Positions 7,949 through 17,708 are shown, numbered from the stretch's first letter. The stretch is DNA of 64,000 bases from an uncultured delta proteobacterium (GCA_963842085.1 CAWJET010000001.1:672001-736000); one strand, 5' to 3'. Notes: a model not told the origin generated them from the sequence alone. Made by a program: numbers and translations.

Positions 7949-10320
7949 CAGAGGCGGCCTCCCTTCGATTCGCGCACGCGTGCCGCGGCGACCATCGCTT
8001 GCCCGAGTGCGATACCGCCGTCTCCGGCCGGGACCTCGCGCGGCAAAAAAACCTGGGTAACGCCGGCCAGGGCGTCGAAGATTCCTTGCGCGAGCCGCGG
8101 ATTCTGAAAGCATCCGCCGCTCAGCACGACCGGGACTTGTCCGTGCTCTGCGAGCGCCGAGCGCACCGTCGCTGCTGTTCCTTCAATCAATGTGTTGTGA
8201 AAGCGCGCCGCGATCCGGCGGCGATCGGCGCCCGCGATAACTTCATGGACAATCCTGCGAACCATCGGCCGCAGATCCAGGCTCCACGGCTGCTGATTGC
8301 GATGGAGGGAAAATTCATAGACCCCGGTTTCACGGGGATCGGCGAGATTGTTGAGCATCATAGCGACCTGCCCTTCGTAGGCGGCATGCTGCTGCGCGAA
8401 GACCAGCGCACCAATCGCGTCGAAGTAGCGGCCGATGCCGTGCGCGCTTGCTGTATTCAGTCCGCTTGCGATCATGCGCCTTACGGTCGTCGCGGCGCCT
8501 GCATCGATCCGCGAGAAAAGCCCGAGCCGCTCGAATTCGTTAAACGACCCGCCGAAGGCATCCTCGATCAGCGCGAGCGCTAGCCGCCAGACCTCGCGCA
8601 CCGCGCGATCGCCGCCCGCCAGCGCGACCGGCCGAATCGTCGCAATCCGCTCGAAGCCGGCGAAATCCGCGAGCATCAACTCGCCGCCCCACATCGCGCC
8701 ATCGCTCCCGAGCCCCGACCCATCGAATGCGACCCCGAGAACCGGACCCGCAAGGCCGTGTTCCGCCATCGCACTCGCAACATGCGCATGATGATGCTGC
8801 ACCGCGACGGTAACGCACCCCTTGCGCCCCACCGCATAACGGGTCGAGAGATAATCAGGATGCAGGTCGTGCGCGATTATCTCGGGCTTCACGCCGACGA
8901 AGCCTTCCATCCTTGCGATCGACTCCTCAAAAGCCTCGTAGGTCTCGAGACCGTCGAGATCGCCGATGTGCGGACCGAACCAGATCGAATCCCCGCTGCC
9001 CAGGCAGAACGCATTTTTGAGTTGCGCTCCGACGGCCAGGACCGGTCGCTCGAATGGCGGATCGATTGGCACAGGACGTGGCACATAACCTCGCGAGCGG
9101 CGCAGCACGGTTGGAGCGCCTGCGATCATGCGCGCAACCGAGTCGTCGCATCGGGTCACGATTTCACGGTCGTGGATCAGAAAGAGGTCAGCAATCCCTC
9201 CCAGCCGAAGGAGCGCCTCATCGTTGCGATAGGCGATAGGTTCATCCGACCGGTTTCCCGACGTCATCACCAGCGGTCTCTGCGCTGCCGCCAGAAGCAG
9301 GTGATGCAACGGCGTGTACGCGAGCATGACGCCGACGAGCGGGGTTTCCGGCGCGACCTCGGCAGCGAGACCCGCATCCGGATGCCGGTGGGCGAGAACG
9401 ATCGGCCGCTCGGGCGAGGACAACAGTGCTCGCTCCGTGGGACCAAGAACGGCGAGGCGCTCGGCGTCTTCGAGCTCACGCACCATGACGGCGAACGGCT
9501 TTTCATCGCGATGTTTGCGGATGCGCAGCCGTGCGACCGCGGCCGCCGATGTGGCGTCGCAGGCGAGGTGAAACCCGCCAAGACCCTTGAGCGCGACGAT
9601 ACGCCCTTCGCGCACTGCGAGGGCCGCGTCGCCAATCGGGTGGCTCGATGCCAACTCGTCGCCCGCCGCTGCGAGCAGCCGCAGACTCGGGCCGCACTCG
9701 CGACAAGCGTTTGACTCCGCGTGAAAACGTCGATTACCGGGATCTCGGTACTCGCGCAGGCACTCGGCGCACATCTCGAACGCCGCCATCGTTGTCGCGC
9801 CGCGGTCGTAAGGGACATCACACGCGATCGTGAAGCGCGGGCCGCAGTTCGTGCAGTTGGTGAAGGCGTAACCGAAGCGGCGATCTCCGCGATCGAAGAT
9901 CTCGGCGACACATTCGCGACAGGTTGCCATGTCGGCGGGTATCGATACGCAGCGCTCCGCGCGCTGCTCGCTCGCGGCGATCTCGAAATGAGGCCGCTGC
10001 TCGAACTCCAGCAGGTTTGCCTGCACAGTCTTGAGTCGTGCCCGCGCAGGCGCCTCGGTAATCAGGCGACTGACAAAGCGGTCCAGCACTACGCGCGAAC
10101 CGAAGGCTTCTATAATGACGCCCGCCGCGTCGTTACGAACGCTGCCGGTCAGCCCCTCTTCACGCGCCAGCCGGTAGACGAAAGGCCGGAAGCCGACGCC
10201 CTGCGAAATTCCCGTCACTTTGATCTTGCGGCCCGCGAGTCCTGACACATCCATATCAGGGTCGACTGCATGGGACGGTGAGAAGCAGACGTCCGCGAGC
10301 TGTGGCTCCTCACCGTTCAT
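7948..10320 (-). CDS. hypF: Carbamoyltransferase HypF
   Basis: QGVGFRPFVY acylphosphatase domain, zinc fingers (CTNCGPR), KGLGGFHL, HHHAH, DGGIALGQ. Confidence 0.97.
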   Translation of the reverse strand: MNGEEPQLADVCFSPSHAVDPDMDVSGLAGRKIKVTGISQGVGFRPFVYRLAREEGLTGSVRNDAAGVIIEAFGSRVVLDRFVSRLITEAPARARLKTVQANLLEFEQRPHFEIAASEQRAERCVSIPADMATCRECVAEIFDRGDRRFGYAFTNCTNCGPRFTIACDVPYDRGATTMAAFEMCAECLREYRDPGNRRFHAESNACRECGPSLRLLAAAGDELASSHPIGDAALAVREGRIVALKGLGGFHLACDATSAAAVARLRIRKHRDEKPFAVMVRELEDAERLAVLGPTERALLSSPERPIVLAHRHPDAGLAAEVAPETPLVGVMLAYTPLHHLLLAAAQRPLVMTSGNRSDEPIAYRNDEALLRLGGIADLFLIHDREIVTRCDDSVARMIAGAPTVLRRSRGYVPRPVPIDPPFERPVLAVGAQLKNAFCLGSGDSIWFGPHIGDLDGLETYEAFEESIARMEGFVGVKPEIIAHDLHPDYLSTRYAVGRKGCVTVAVQHHHAHVASAMAEHGLAGPVLGVAFDGSGLGSDGAMWGGELMLADFAGFERIATIRPVALAGGDRAVREVWRLALALIEDAFGGSFNEFERLGLFSRIDAGAATTVRRMIASGLNTASAHGIGRYFDAIGALVFAQQHAAYEGQVAMMLNNLADPRETGVYEFSLHRNQQPWSLDLRPMVRRIVHEVIAGADRRRIAARFHNTLIEGTAATVRSALAEHGQVPVVLSGGCFQNPRLAQGIFDALAGVTQVFLPREVPAGDGGIALGQAMVAAARVRESKGGRL

Positions 10321-10724
10321 GTCTCACCCAGCGTGTGGATGTACGCGACCAGGTCCCAGATCTGGCGGTCGGTGAGCGTCGACCACGACGGCATCGCGGC
10401 CCCCTGGACGCCGTCATGAATCGCCCGATAAGTCTGCCACGCGTTCGCCGAATCGGACCATGGCGGGACTGTGAGATTGCCCGGCGGCGGCTCCATTCCC
10501 ATGCTGCGGACGCCGTGCCCGTCGCCTCTCTCGCCGTGGCAAATTACGCAATTCTGCATGAAGAGCGCGCGTCCTCTTTCTCTCGCCTCGCGCGACGCAA
10601 AGAGCCCGGATGGAGCCTGCGCTGCGCCGGGCGGTCTACCGCTCCTGCTGCACCCGATTATCGCGCACAACATCCCCAGCGCAGCTGTCGCGACCCTCCG
10701 CGCCACTCTTCGGCGACAGTTCAT
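10317..10724 (-). CDS. Monoheme cytochrome c, probable lipoprotein
   Basis: Single CVICH, distal AMP methionine, IIGC lipobox-like signal; start uncertain because of overlap with the protease ORF. Confidence 0.85.
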   Translation of the reverse strand: MNCRRRVARRVATAALGMLCAIIGCSRSGRPPGAAQAPSGLFASREARERGRALFMQNCVICHGERGDGHGVRSMGMEPPPGNLTVPPWSDSANAWQTYRAIHDGVQGAAMPSWSTLTDRQIWDLVAYIHTLGET

Positions 10725-11187
10725 ATCCAAGACCTCGAGCCTCACGCACTATCGCCTCGACCAGCCCCTCCAATCCCGCGTCGACAGGATCGGAACGCTC
10801 AATACTCAAATCCATTGTTTCCGGCACCAGTCCCAGCAAGGTGACCGAGGTTGGAAAAGAGTCGATGAGTCGCGCGGCGTCGAAAAGATCTGCAACCCCA
10901 ACCTGGTGAGGGGACAGGCGCTCGCGGACTGCGGGTGGCACCTCGTCTCCGTCGATTCGGACCAGTGTTCCCGGCGGAGCATCGACGCGAACCGCATCTA
11001 CCAGAATCACGTGTTCCGACTCGGCAAACAGCCCAAGCAGTGCGAGCCCAAGCGTGCCGCCATCTGCAACCCGAACCCGTGGCGGAATATTGTAATTGCG
11101 TTCGAGCCGAGCCACTGCGGCGGCGCCGAGTCCGTCGTCGCGAAGCAGTATATTGCCAAGCCCGAGAACCAATAATTCGTCAGGCAT
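10636..11187 (-). CDS. hyaD: Hydrogenase maturation endopeptidase (HyaD/HupD family)
   Basis: GLGNILLRDDGLG, DGGTLG, DAV, SPHQVG. Confidence 0.95.
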   Translation of the reverse strand: MPDELLVLGLGNILLRDDGLGAAAVARLERNYNIPPRVRVADGGTLGLALLGLFAESEHVILVDAVRVDAPPGTLVRIDGDEVPPAVRERLSPHQVGVADLFDAARLIDSFPTSVTLLGLVPETMDLSIERSDPVDAGLEGLVEAIVREARGLGYELSPKSGAEGRDSCAGDVVRDNRVQQER

Positions 11188-11896
11188 CGCGTTTCCTCTC
11201 CGCGACGCCTTCCGGGCCTACGCGCTTGTACCCCGAAAATATCGAATCGATGATCCCGCTGCGCTCCGTCATAGAAAAAAGAGTCGCCGAGTACACGTGA
11301 TGAATCATGAAGATCAGGAGCAACCACATCCCGACATGATGGACCAGGCGCACCATCTGAAGTCCGCCGAAAATCGGGATCAGGAACCCGAAGAACTGAA
11401 AAGGCGAGTTCACTCCGGCATAGACGGTATAGAGAGCGAGACCGGTGCCGATCATTGTGAAGTAGATCAAGAAGATAACTGCGTAGGTTGCACCGGCCAT
11501 CCCGCTGTGGCCGGCGTACGGCTCCGGGTCGCGGCGCACAAAGCCATAAAAGCGCATCGACTGCCAGATGCTGCTAAAGCGTTCGCGCGTGACCGGAATG
11601 AACTGGTGCCAACGCGCATAGTAATTGCCGGCGAACATCCAGTAGACACGCACAAATACCGACAAACTGAAGACGACGGCCGCATACAGGTGGATCAGGC
11701 GCATGGTGCCCATAACGAAGTGATCGCGGGCGGGCCCACTGACTGCGATAAACGGATGACCTATATAGAAGCCCGTAACCGCAAGCACTGCGATCGAAAG
11801 AACGATCAGCCAGTGCGTGATGCGCACCGGCAGTTCCCAGGCATAGACAAGGCCGGAGCCGGGCGGCTCCGGCACAGGCCGCGGCAGTGCGCTCAC
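11180..11896 (-). CDS. hyaC: [NiFe]-hydrogenase cytochrome b subunit
   Basis: WELPVRITHW, four hydrophobic helices, His ligands (IHL, VHH, HHVY); GTG start overlaps the large-subunit stop. Confidence 0.93.
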   Translation of the reverse strand: MSALPRPVPEPPGSGLVYAWELPVRITHWLIVLSIAVLAVTGFYIGHPFIAVSGPARDHFVMGTMRLIHLYAAVVFSLSVFVRVYWMFAGNYYARWHQFIPVTRERFSSIWQSMRFYGFVRRDPEPYAGHSGMAGATYAVIFLIYFTMIGTGLALYTVYAGVNSPFQFFGFLIPIFGGLQMVRLVHHVGMWLLLIFMIHHVYSATLFSMTERSGIIDSIFSGYKRVGPEGVAERKRDA

Positions 11897-13602
11897 AGGA
11901 CCTTGACGCGGGCCAACTCGCGCCTCCTGGCGTCCACCACGTGAACGCCGCACGCCATGCACGGATCGAATGAGTGCACCGTGCGGAGTATTTCGAGTGG
12001 TTGATCCGGCTTCGCCACCGGAGTGCCGACGAGCGACGCCTCGTAAGGACCCGGCTGGTTCGCATGGTCCCGCGGGCCGGCATTCCAGGTGCTCGGCACG
12101 ACACACTGGTAGTTCACGATCTGGCCGTTGCTGATGTGAACCCAGTGGCCGAGAGACCCGCGCGGCGCTTCGTGAAAGCCGGCGCCGTAACAGTCGGCGG
12201 GCCAGCTCTCCGGCTCCCATTTCGAGTTGTCCTGGATACGGTAGTCACGGCGCGCCATGTTCTCGCCCAGGGCGGTTACCCAGTCGCCCATCTTTTCCAC
12301 CACGACCTGAGTCTCAATGGCGCGCGCCGCCACTCGCCCCAAGGTCGAGAACAGCGCTTGCGGTCCAACGCCGAGCGCCGCCAGGGCTTTGTCAACCAGT
12401 TGCTTGACCTGCGCCGGCCGGCCCGACACGTACGCGACCAGCATGCGCGCGAGCGGCCCAACCTCCATCGGCGCACCCTCATAGCGCGGTGATTTGAGCC
12501 AACTGTACTTCTCCGCCAGCACCAGTCGTTCGTACGGCGGCTTGGGTCCGGTGTAATGCGGGTCGGTTTCCCCCTTGTACGGATGTAGCGCTTCGCTGTC
12601 GCCGCCTGAATATTCGTACCAGGAATGTGCGACCTGCTCCGTGATCTTTCCCTGGTCAACCGGCTCGACCTTTGAAATATCGCGCCCCCGGATTATCCCG
12701 GATGGCATCCATAGCTCAGGATTTTCGCTGTCGTCCTCGGGATAATCGCCATACACCATGTAGTTGCCGACGCCCGCGCCGATCGAAGCCCAATCCTTAT
12801 AGAATGATGCGACTGCCAGGACGTCGGGCAAATAGACACGCTTGACGAAGTCGCGGCCTTCGGCGATGAGCTTGTCGAGCGCCGAGATCGTGTCGGCGTT
12901 GAGCGCGGCTTGCGAGTCGGGATCAACCGGCGTCGCCATGCCACCGACCAGGAAACTTTGCAGGTGCGGATTTTTTCCGCCCAGGATCGCATGGATCTTG
13001 ATGAAGCGCCGCTGCCAGTCGAGCGCCTCCAGATAATGCGCAACCGCCATCAGATTCGCCTCGGGCGGCAGGCGGTACGCCGGATGACCCCAGTAGGCGT
13101 TAGCGAAGGGCCCAAGCTGGCCGCGCTGAACGAACGTACTGATCCGGTCGCGTACTCCCGAAAAATACTTTGCACTCGACAGCGACCAGTCTGAGATCGA
13201 CTGGGCAAGCGTGGCGGTCTTGGCCGGATCGGCCTTGAGCGCCGAGGTGATATCGACCCAGTCGAGTGCATGCAGATGGTAGAAATGGATCACGTGGTCG
13301 TGGACGCACTGCGCCGCGATGATGAGGTTGCGCAGCAGCCGCGCGTTGGGCGGCGGTTGCGCGCCGATTGCGTGCTCGACGGCGCGAATCGAGGCGATCG
13401 CGTGAACTGTGGTGCAAACTCCGCAGATGCGTTGGGTGAAGACCCATGCGTCACGCGGATCTCGCCCCTTGAGAATGATCTCGATGCCGCGAAACATCGT
13501 CGACGACGACCAGGCCTCATTCACCTTGCCGCCATCGACTTCGGCTTCTATTCGGAGATGCCCTTCGATGCGCGTTATCGGATCAACGACGACGTGGGTC
13601 AT
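11893..13602 (-). CDS. hyaB: Group 1 [NiFe]-hydrogenase large subunit
   Basis: DPITRIEGH; L1 QRICGVCTTVH; L2 SFDPCMACGVH plus cleavable C-terminal tail. Confidence 0.97.
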   Translation of the reverse strand: MTHVVVDPITRIEGHLRIEAEVDGGKVNEAWSSSTMFRGIEIILKGRDPRDAWVFTQRICGVCTTVHAIASIRAVEHAIGAQPPPNARLLRNLIIAAQCVHDHVIHFYHLHALDWVDITSALKADPAKTATLAQSISDWSLSSAKYFSGVRDRISTFVQRGQLGPFANAYWGHPAYRLPPEANLMAVAHYLEALDWQRRFIKIHAILGGKNPHLQSFLVGGMATPVDPDSQAALNADTISALDKLIAEGRDFVKRVYLPDVLAVASFYKDWASIGAGVGNYMVYGDYPEDDSENPELWMPSGIIRGRDISKVEPVDQGKITEQVAHSWYEYSGGDSEALHPYKGETDPHYTGPKPPYERLVLAEKYSWLKSPRYEGAPMEVGPLARMLVAYVSGRPAQVKQLVDKALAALGVGPQALFSTLGRVAARAIETQVVVEKMGDWVTALGENMARRDYRIQDNSKWEPESWPADCYGAGFHEAPRGSLGHWVHISNGQIVNYQCVVPSTWNAGPRDHANQPGPYEASLVGTPVAKPDQPLEILRTVHSFDPCMACGVHVVDARRRELARVKVL

Positions 13603-14710
13603 GCTCGGGGCCCTCTGAACTGCTCTTGGAACCGGCCGGCTCGGTTCCCGTGTGATGCCGCACGATCTGGCCGACACCATGGGCGACCGACGCCGCGCCC
13701 ACAATTCCCGCCGCGGCCAAGCCAATCCGATCGAGGTTGGCGTTCACGTTGAATCCAGGAACATTGGGCAAGCGCCGATAGAAAGGCGTCATGGTGTCCC
13801 AGAAATTCGGCTCCGCACAGCCGACACACGGATGGCCGCAGCCGATCGGCCAGTTCGTGCCCTCATTCCATCGCACTTCCGGACAGTTTTGCGAGGTCGC
13901 GGGCCCTTTGCATCCCATCTTGTACAGGCAGGCGCCGTTCCGATGGGCTTCGTCGCCCCAAGCCTCGACGTACTGTCCGGCATCGAAGTGTGCGCGCCGT
14001 TCGCAGTTGTCGTGGATGAGTTTTCCGTAGGCGAAAAGCGGACGCCGGTACCGATCCAGTGGCGGCCACTGCTTCATGGTCATGTAGTAAACAATTAGCG
14101 CCGTTATGTTCTCGGCGTTCATCGGGCATGCTGACATATTGATCAGGTTGTTGACGCCCGGCACCGCATCGCCGACCGAGACCGCGCCGGTCGGGTTGGG
14201 GCGCGCCGCCGGTATCCCGCCGAAGGTCGCGCAGGTGCCGACCGCGATCGTTGCCGCAGCCTTGCCGCACACTTCGCGCGCGATCTGCAAAGCGCTGCGA
14301 CCGCCGATGGTGCAATAGGCTCCGTCGGCACCTGTGGGAATCGCTCCTTCAACCAGGGCTATGTACTTTCCCGCGAAGTCGCGAACCGTGCTGTCAAGCG
14401 CGCTCTCAGCTTGAAAGCCGGCTGCAGCCATCAGGGTTTCGTGGTAGTTCAGCGAAATCGAATCCAGGATGAGGTCACCGACGGTCGGGTGACTCGCGCG
14501 CAAAAACGACTCCGTGTTACCGGCACAGTCCTGAAACTCGAGCCAGACGAGAACGGGCTTCGGCGCCATCTCGATATTTGCGGCAATCATGCTGGCCGCC
14601 GTCTCCGGCATCGCCAGCAGCGTCGCCATCGAGGCACAGAATTTCAGGAAATCGCGGCGTGACACGCCGCGGTACGCGAGCTCTTTACCCAGCCAGCTAT
14701 TGGACGCCAT
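13583..14710 (-). CDS. hyaA: Group 1 [NiFe]-hydrogenase small subunit (Tat-exported, membrane-anchored)
   Basis: SRRDFLK Tat motif, DCAGN proximal motif, HDNC, CLYKMGCKGP, HPCVGC, C-terminal anchor with His; AGGAGG RBS. Confidence 0.97.
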   Translation of the reverse strand: MASNSWLGKELAYRGVSRRDFLKFCASMATLLAMPETAASMIAANIEMAPKPVLVWLEFQDCAGNTESFLRASHPTVGDLILDSISLNYHETLMAAAGFQAESALDSTVRDFAGKYIALVEGAIPTGADGAYCTIGGRSALQIAREVCGKAAATIAVGTCATFGGIPAARPNPTGAVSVGDAVPGVNNLINMSACPMNAENITALIVYYMTMKQWPPLDRYRRPLFAYGKLIHDNCERRAHFDAGQYVEAWGDEAHRNGACLYKMGCKGPATSQNCPEVRWNEGTNWPIGCGHPCVGCAEPNFWDTMTPFYRRLPNVPGFNVNANLDRIGLAAAGIVGAASVAHGVGQIVRHHTGTEPAGSKSSSEGPEHDPRRR

Positions 14711-14791
14711 CGGCGGTCCTCCTGCTAGAACAACCCGGTGGTTGGAGTCTCGTGGCGTGCTGCGCACGCCGCACCCTCTGTGAATAGGCGA

Positions 14792-14820
14792 CCTATACTC
14801 TCGCGAGAATTAATTTGCAA
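14792..14820 (-). promoter_or_regulatory. Possible sigma70-type promoter of the hydrogenase-mtrAB operon
   Basis: TTGCAA-17 nt-TATAGG on the minus strand about 80 nt upstream of the small-subunit start. Confidence 0.35.
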
Positions 14821-14908
14821 ACTCACGCGCGGCGATCTTGCGCTAACCTCTTCGATTCAGCGCCGTGCGCTGAATCCCGAGGCGCGAGGGACTTAGCGAT
14901 TGGGATAA

Positions 14909-15094
14909 CTACTCAGGTGTCGCGCCACCTTGTTTGAGCTCGTTTTCCGCCTGCAGCCAATCGTCCAGTTCGCTGCCTGGGCCGCCATTGCGGGCGCAAT
15001 ATATCTCGTAGGCGCGGCTACGGATGTCGTCTTCCGGCAGCTGCGGCTTCTGTCCGAGGACCGGCTTCTGGTTGGCCTCTTTTTTCTCTGCCAT
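14909..15094 (-). CDS. DUF2934-family small protein
   Basis: IRSRAYEIY...DDWLQAENEL signature; AAGGAG RBS. Confidence 0.85.
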   Translation of the reverse strand: MAEKKEANQKPVLGQKPQLPEDDIRSRAYEIYCARNGGPGSELDDWLQAENELKQGGATPE

Positions 15095-15405
15095 TTTTGG
15101 TCTCCTTCTTGTTGCCGCCCACCTTTGAGTTACTGCACGGCGGTCAACGTTGCTTCCGATCGGCCCATCCAGCAGAGTCGGTGTATCCAAAGGATGCAGA
15201 TTCGATTCACGTCTCATGCCGATCGACTAAGTCTGATTACGAACCATGTTCAGTACAAAAGGAGTTATGTTCAAGGCCGATTCCGTTACATCGGGAACGA
15301 ACCTCCGGTTGTTTTCACCCGTGGTTTGTCGTTACATCCGGCGACTGCGCTCGACGCCACCGATTTGACGGGGGCGCGTTTCTGGACTTATAGGACACTG
15401 AGGTC

Positions 15406-16155
15406 ATGGCACCACCCGCGTCACGCAACGCATCGATCAGGCAGAGCGCGGCCAGGCCGCCCCAACCTCGCGCAATAAGCGCCGAGAACCTGGGTAAATT
15501 GGAAGGACTGTCGGGCCTGCCGCTACGCAAACTTGAAGCCTTGCGCGCCAGGATGAGGATTCGCCAGTTCTCCAAACGCTCGATCATCTATGAGGAGGGT
15601 GAATCAGAACGCGCCGTCTACGTCCTGCTGTCGGGAATCGCCCGGCTTATCTGTCTCAGTCGAAAACGGAAACGCAACCTGCTCGAGGTGCTGGGACCCG
15701 GCGACGTGATCGAGATTCCGTCATTGTTGCCCGATATTCATCATAAGCTCACCTGCGAGACGTTCACGGATTGTCAAATTGGGCTGATCAGCCCAAGCGA
15801 GCTGGTCGAGGGCATCGTCGGCATTCCACTGCGCGAGTTCAACGAGGCGCTCAATTTGACGGTCGGCCGATGGTGGACGCTTTTGGAGCGCCATTCAAAC
15901 TTTCTCGATCAAACCGTTCGCGAGAGAATCGCAATCGCGTTGCTCGACCTCGGCCGGAAGTTCGGTCGGCGAGACGGGCGCCGGATCGTCATAGATGTGG
16001 ATCTGAGTGGTCAGGACATCGCGGACCTGGTGGAGTGCTCGCGGCCGAAAGCGAGCGAGTGCCTCAAGAAGCTGGTTGCCGAAGGCGTTGTCATGCGCGA
16101 ACACCGCCGTTTCATCATCGATTCGGCGAAAATTGAGACTAGCCTGCGATCCTGA
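15406..16155 (+). CDS. Crp/Fnr-family transcriptional regulator
   Basis: cNMP-binding-like domain (IYEEGE...VYVLLSG...GPGDVI) and C-terminal HTH (LSGQDIADLVECSRPKAS); start uncertain. Confidence 0.88.
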   Translation: MAPPASRNASIRQSAARPPQPRAISAENLGKLEGLSGLPLRKLEALRARMRIRQFSKRSIIYEEGESERAVYVLLSGIARLICLSRKRKRNLLEVLGPGDVIEIPSLLPDIHHKLTCETFTDCQIGLISPSELVEGIVGIPLREFNEALNLTVGRWWTLLERHSNFLDQTVRERIAIALLDLGRKFGRRDGRRIVIDVDLSGQDIADLVECSRPKASECLKKLVAEGVVMREHRRFIIDSAKIETSLRS

Positions 16156-16214
16156 CGCTCCATGGCCGGCATCGGGATGACTGCGGACTGCGACCGCTGT
16201 TCGCACGAGGAAGG

Positions 16215-16230
16215 TGGCAGGTGTTTTGCT
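16215..16230 (+). promoter_or_regulatory. Putative sigma54 (-24/-12) promoter upstream of the USP-CBS genes
   Basis: TGGCAGGTGTTTTGCT matches TGGCACG-N4-TTGCW with one mismatch and correct GG/GC spacing. Confidence 0.55.
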
Positions 16231-16302
16231 AGTTACGCGCAAGCTGGCGTTTGGTCTACAATCCAAGCTGAGCCTGAAGCGAGTAATCCATAATTGACTA
16301 CA

Positions 16303-17160
16303 ATGTTCCGTAAGATTCTTTGCCCGGTCGACTTCAGCGATAACTCGATGGCGGTGCTTCGCCAGGCGGCCAAGCTCGCTCGAAGGCACGACGCGCTGTT
16401 GTACCTGATGCACGTAGAGTTTGTACCGATGGGTAACCTCGTTGAACTTGCCCAGGACGTCACGCTTTCGACGGAACCTGGCAAGCTCCGACTCGAGCAG
16501 GTCGCGCGCAAACTTCTGCCCAGGGTGAGACACGAGGTTGTCGTGCAGTTTGGACGGCCCGCCGAGCTAATCGAAAAGGCCGCAAAGGATCTTGACGTCG
16601 ATCTGATTGTGATGGCGACCCATGGGCGGACCGGCATCGATCGTCTGTTTCTTGGGAGTGTCGCCGAACACGTTGTTCGCCGCTCGGTGACTTCGGTCTT
16701 GAGCTTCGGTCCCGCAACCGCTATCCGAACACTAAAGAAGATTCTTTGCCCGGTTGCCTTCGATCCAAACTCCATCGCCGCGCTTCGTTTTGGATGGAGC
16801 CTCGCCCAGGAGTACCGGGCCGCGATGAGTTTGCTCCATGTAGTTCCTCTGCCCTTCGAGCCCTCAGAAGTCCCTGCAGAGCCCCCGATACCTGAGTGGG
16901 AGCAAGACGCCCGCGCGGAACTGGCAAAGGTGGCAGCCGAAAATCTCGGCCCCAAAGCCAGGTGCAAACTGGTGGTGCGACGTGGAGACCCGGCTGGCGC
17001 GATACTCGAAGTCGAAAAGGAACTGCGGCCCGATCTGATCGTTATGGCTACCCATGGACGGACCGGATTGAGCCATCTGGTTTTGGGAAGCGTGGCGGAG
17101 CGCACGGTGCGCGAATCGACCGTTCCGGTCTTGACGGTCCGGAGACAACACTCGGCCTAA
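16303..17160 (+). CDS. Tandem-domain universal stress protein
   Basis: Two KILCPVxF...DLIVMATHGRTG...LGSVAE repeats. Confidence 0.95.
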   Translation: MFRKILCPVDFSDNSMAVLRQAAKLARRHDALLYLMHVEFVPMGNLVELAQDVTLSTEPGKLRLEQVARKLLPRVRHEVVVQFGRPAELIEKAAKDLDVDLIVMATHGRTGIDRLFLGSVAEHVVRRSVTSVLSFGPATAIRTLKKILCPVAFDPNSIAALRFGWSLAQEYRAAMSLLHVVPLPFEPSEVPAEPPIPEWEQDARAELAKVAAENLGPKARCKLVVRRGDPAGAILEVEKELRPDLIVMATHGRTGLSHLVLGSVAERTVRESTVPVLTVRRQHSA

Positions 17161-17234
17161 TCGGTATTGGTGCTCCGAGCCTTGAAAGCCGTTGGCGCTT
17201 GGCAAGAACGCGTGATGCATGGAGGCGCGCGCCC

Positions 17235-17708
17235 ATGAAGGTCGAGCAAATCATGAATCGCAACGTCAGGTTCTGCCGCCCGCAGGACTCACTTAGCAAT
17301 GCGGCGCAAATGATGTGGGACGAGGCTTGCGGTGCGGTTCCGGTCGTGGACGAGCAATCCAGGCCTATCGGTTTCCTGACCGACCGCGACATATGTATGG
17401 CCGCCTATACGCAAGGCAAGCCGCTGGGAGAGTTGCGGGTCGAGCTAGCCATGGCTCGGAAGGTCGTGACCTGCCGAGCTGAAGATGATTTACGCAAGGC
17501 GGCCGTACTGATGCAGCAGAACCACACGCGCCGGCTTCCGGTGATCGATCGGGACGGAACACTGGTCGGGTTGCTATCGCTGGACGATCTTGCCTGCGAG
17601 GCCGCCAGGGCACTTCGCGGCAGGGCCAACGAGGAACTGAGAAACCTGGTGCTGGAGGTGCACCTGGCGATTAATCGCGGACGCATACTCCTCCATCCGC
17701 CGGTTTGA
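17235..17708 (+). CDS. CBS-domain protein
   Basis: MKVEQIM, CGAVPVVD, GFLTDRDI, RRLPVID, GLLSLDD; GGAGG RBS. Confidence 0.92.
   Translation: MKVEQIMNRNVRFCRPQDSLSNAAQMMWDEACGAVPVVDEQSRPIGFLTDRDICMAAYTQGKPLGELRVELAMARKVVTCRAEDDLRKAAVLMQQNHTRRLPVIDRDGTLVGLLSLDDLACEAARALRGRANEELRNLVLEVHLAINRGRILLHPPV

Noticed and set aside
13583-14710. Canonical group 1d six-cysteine O2-tolerant hydrogenase
   Set aside because: The supernumerary cysteines are absent and the motif is CAGN
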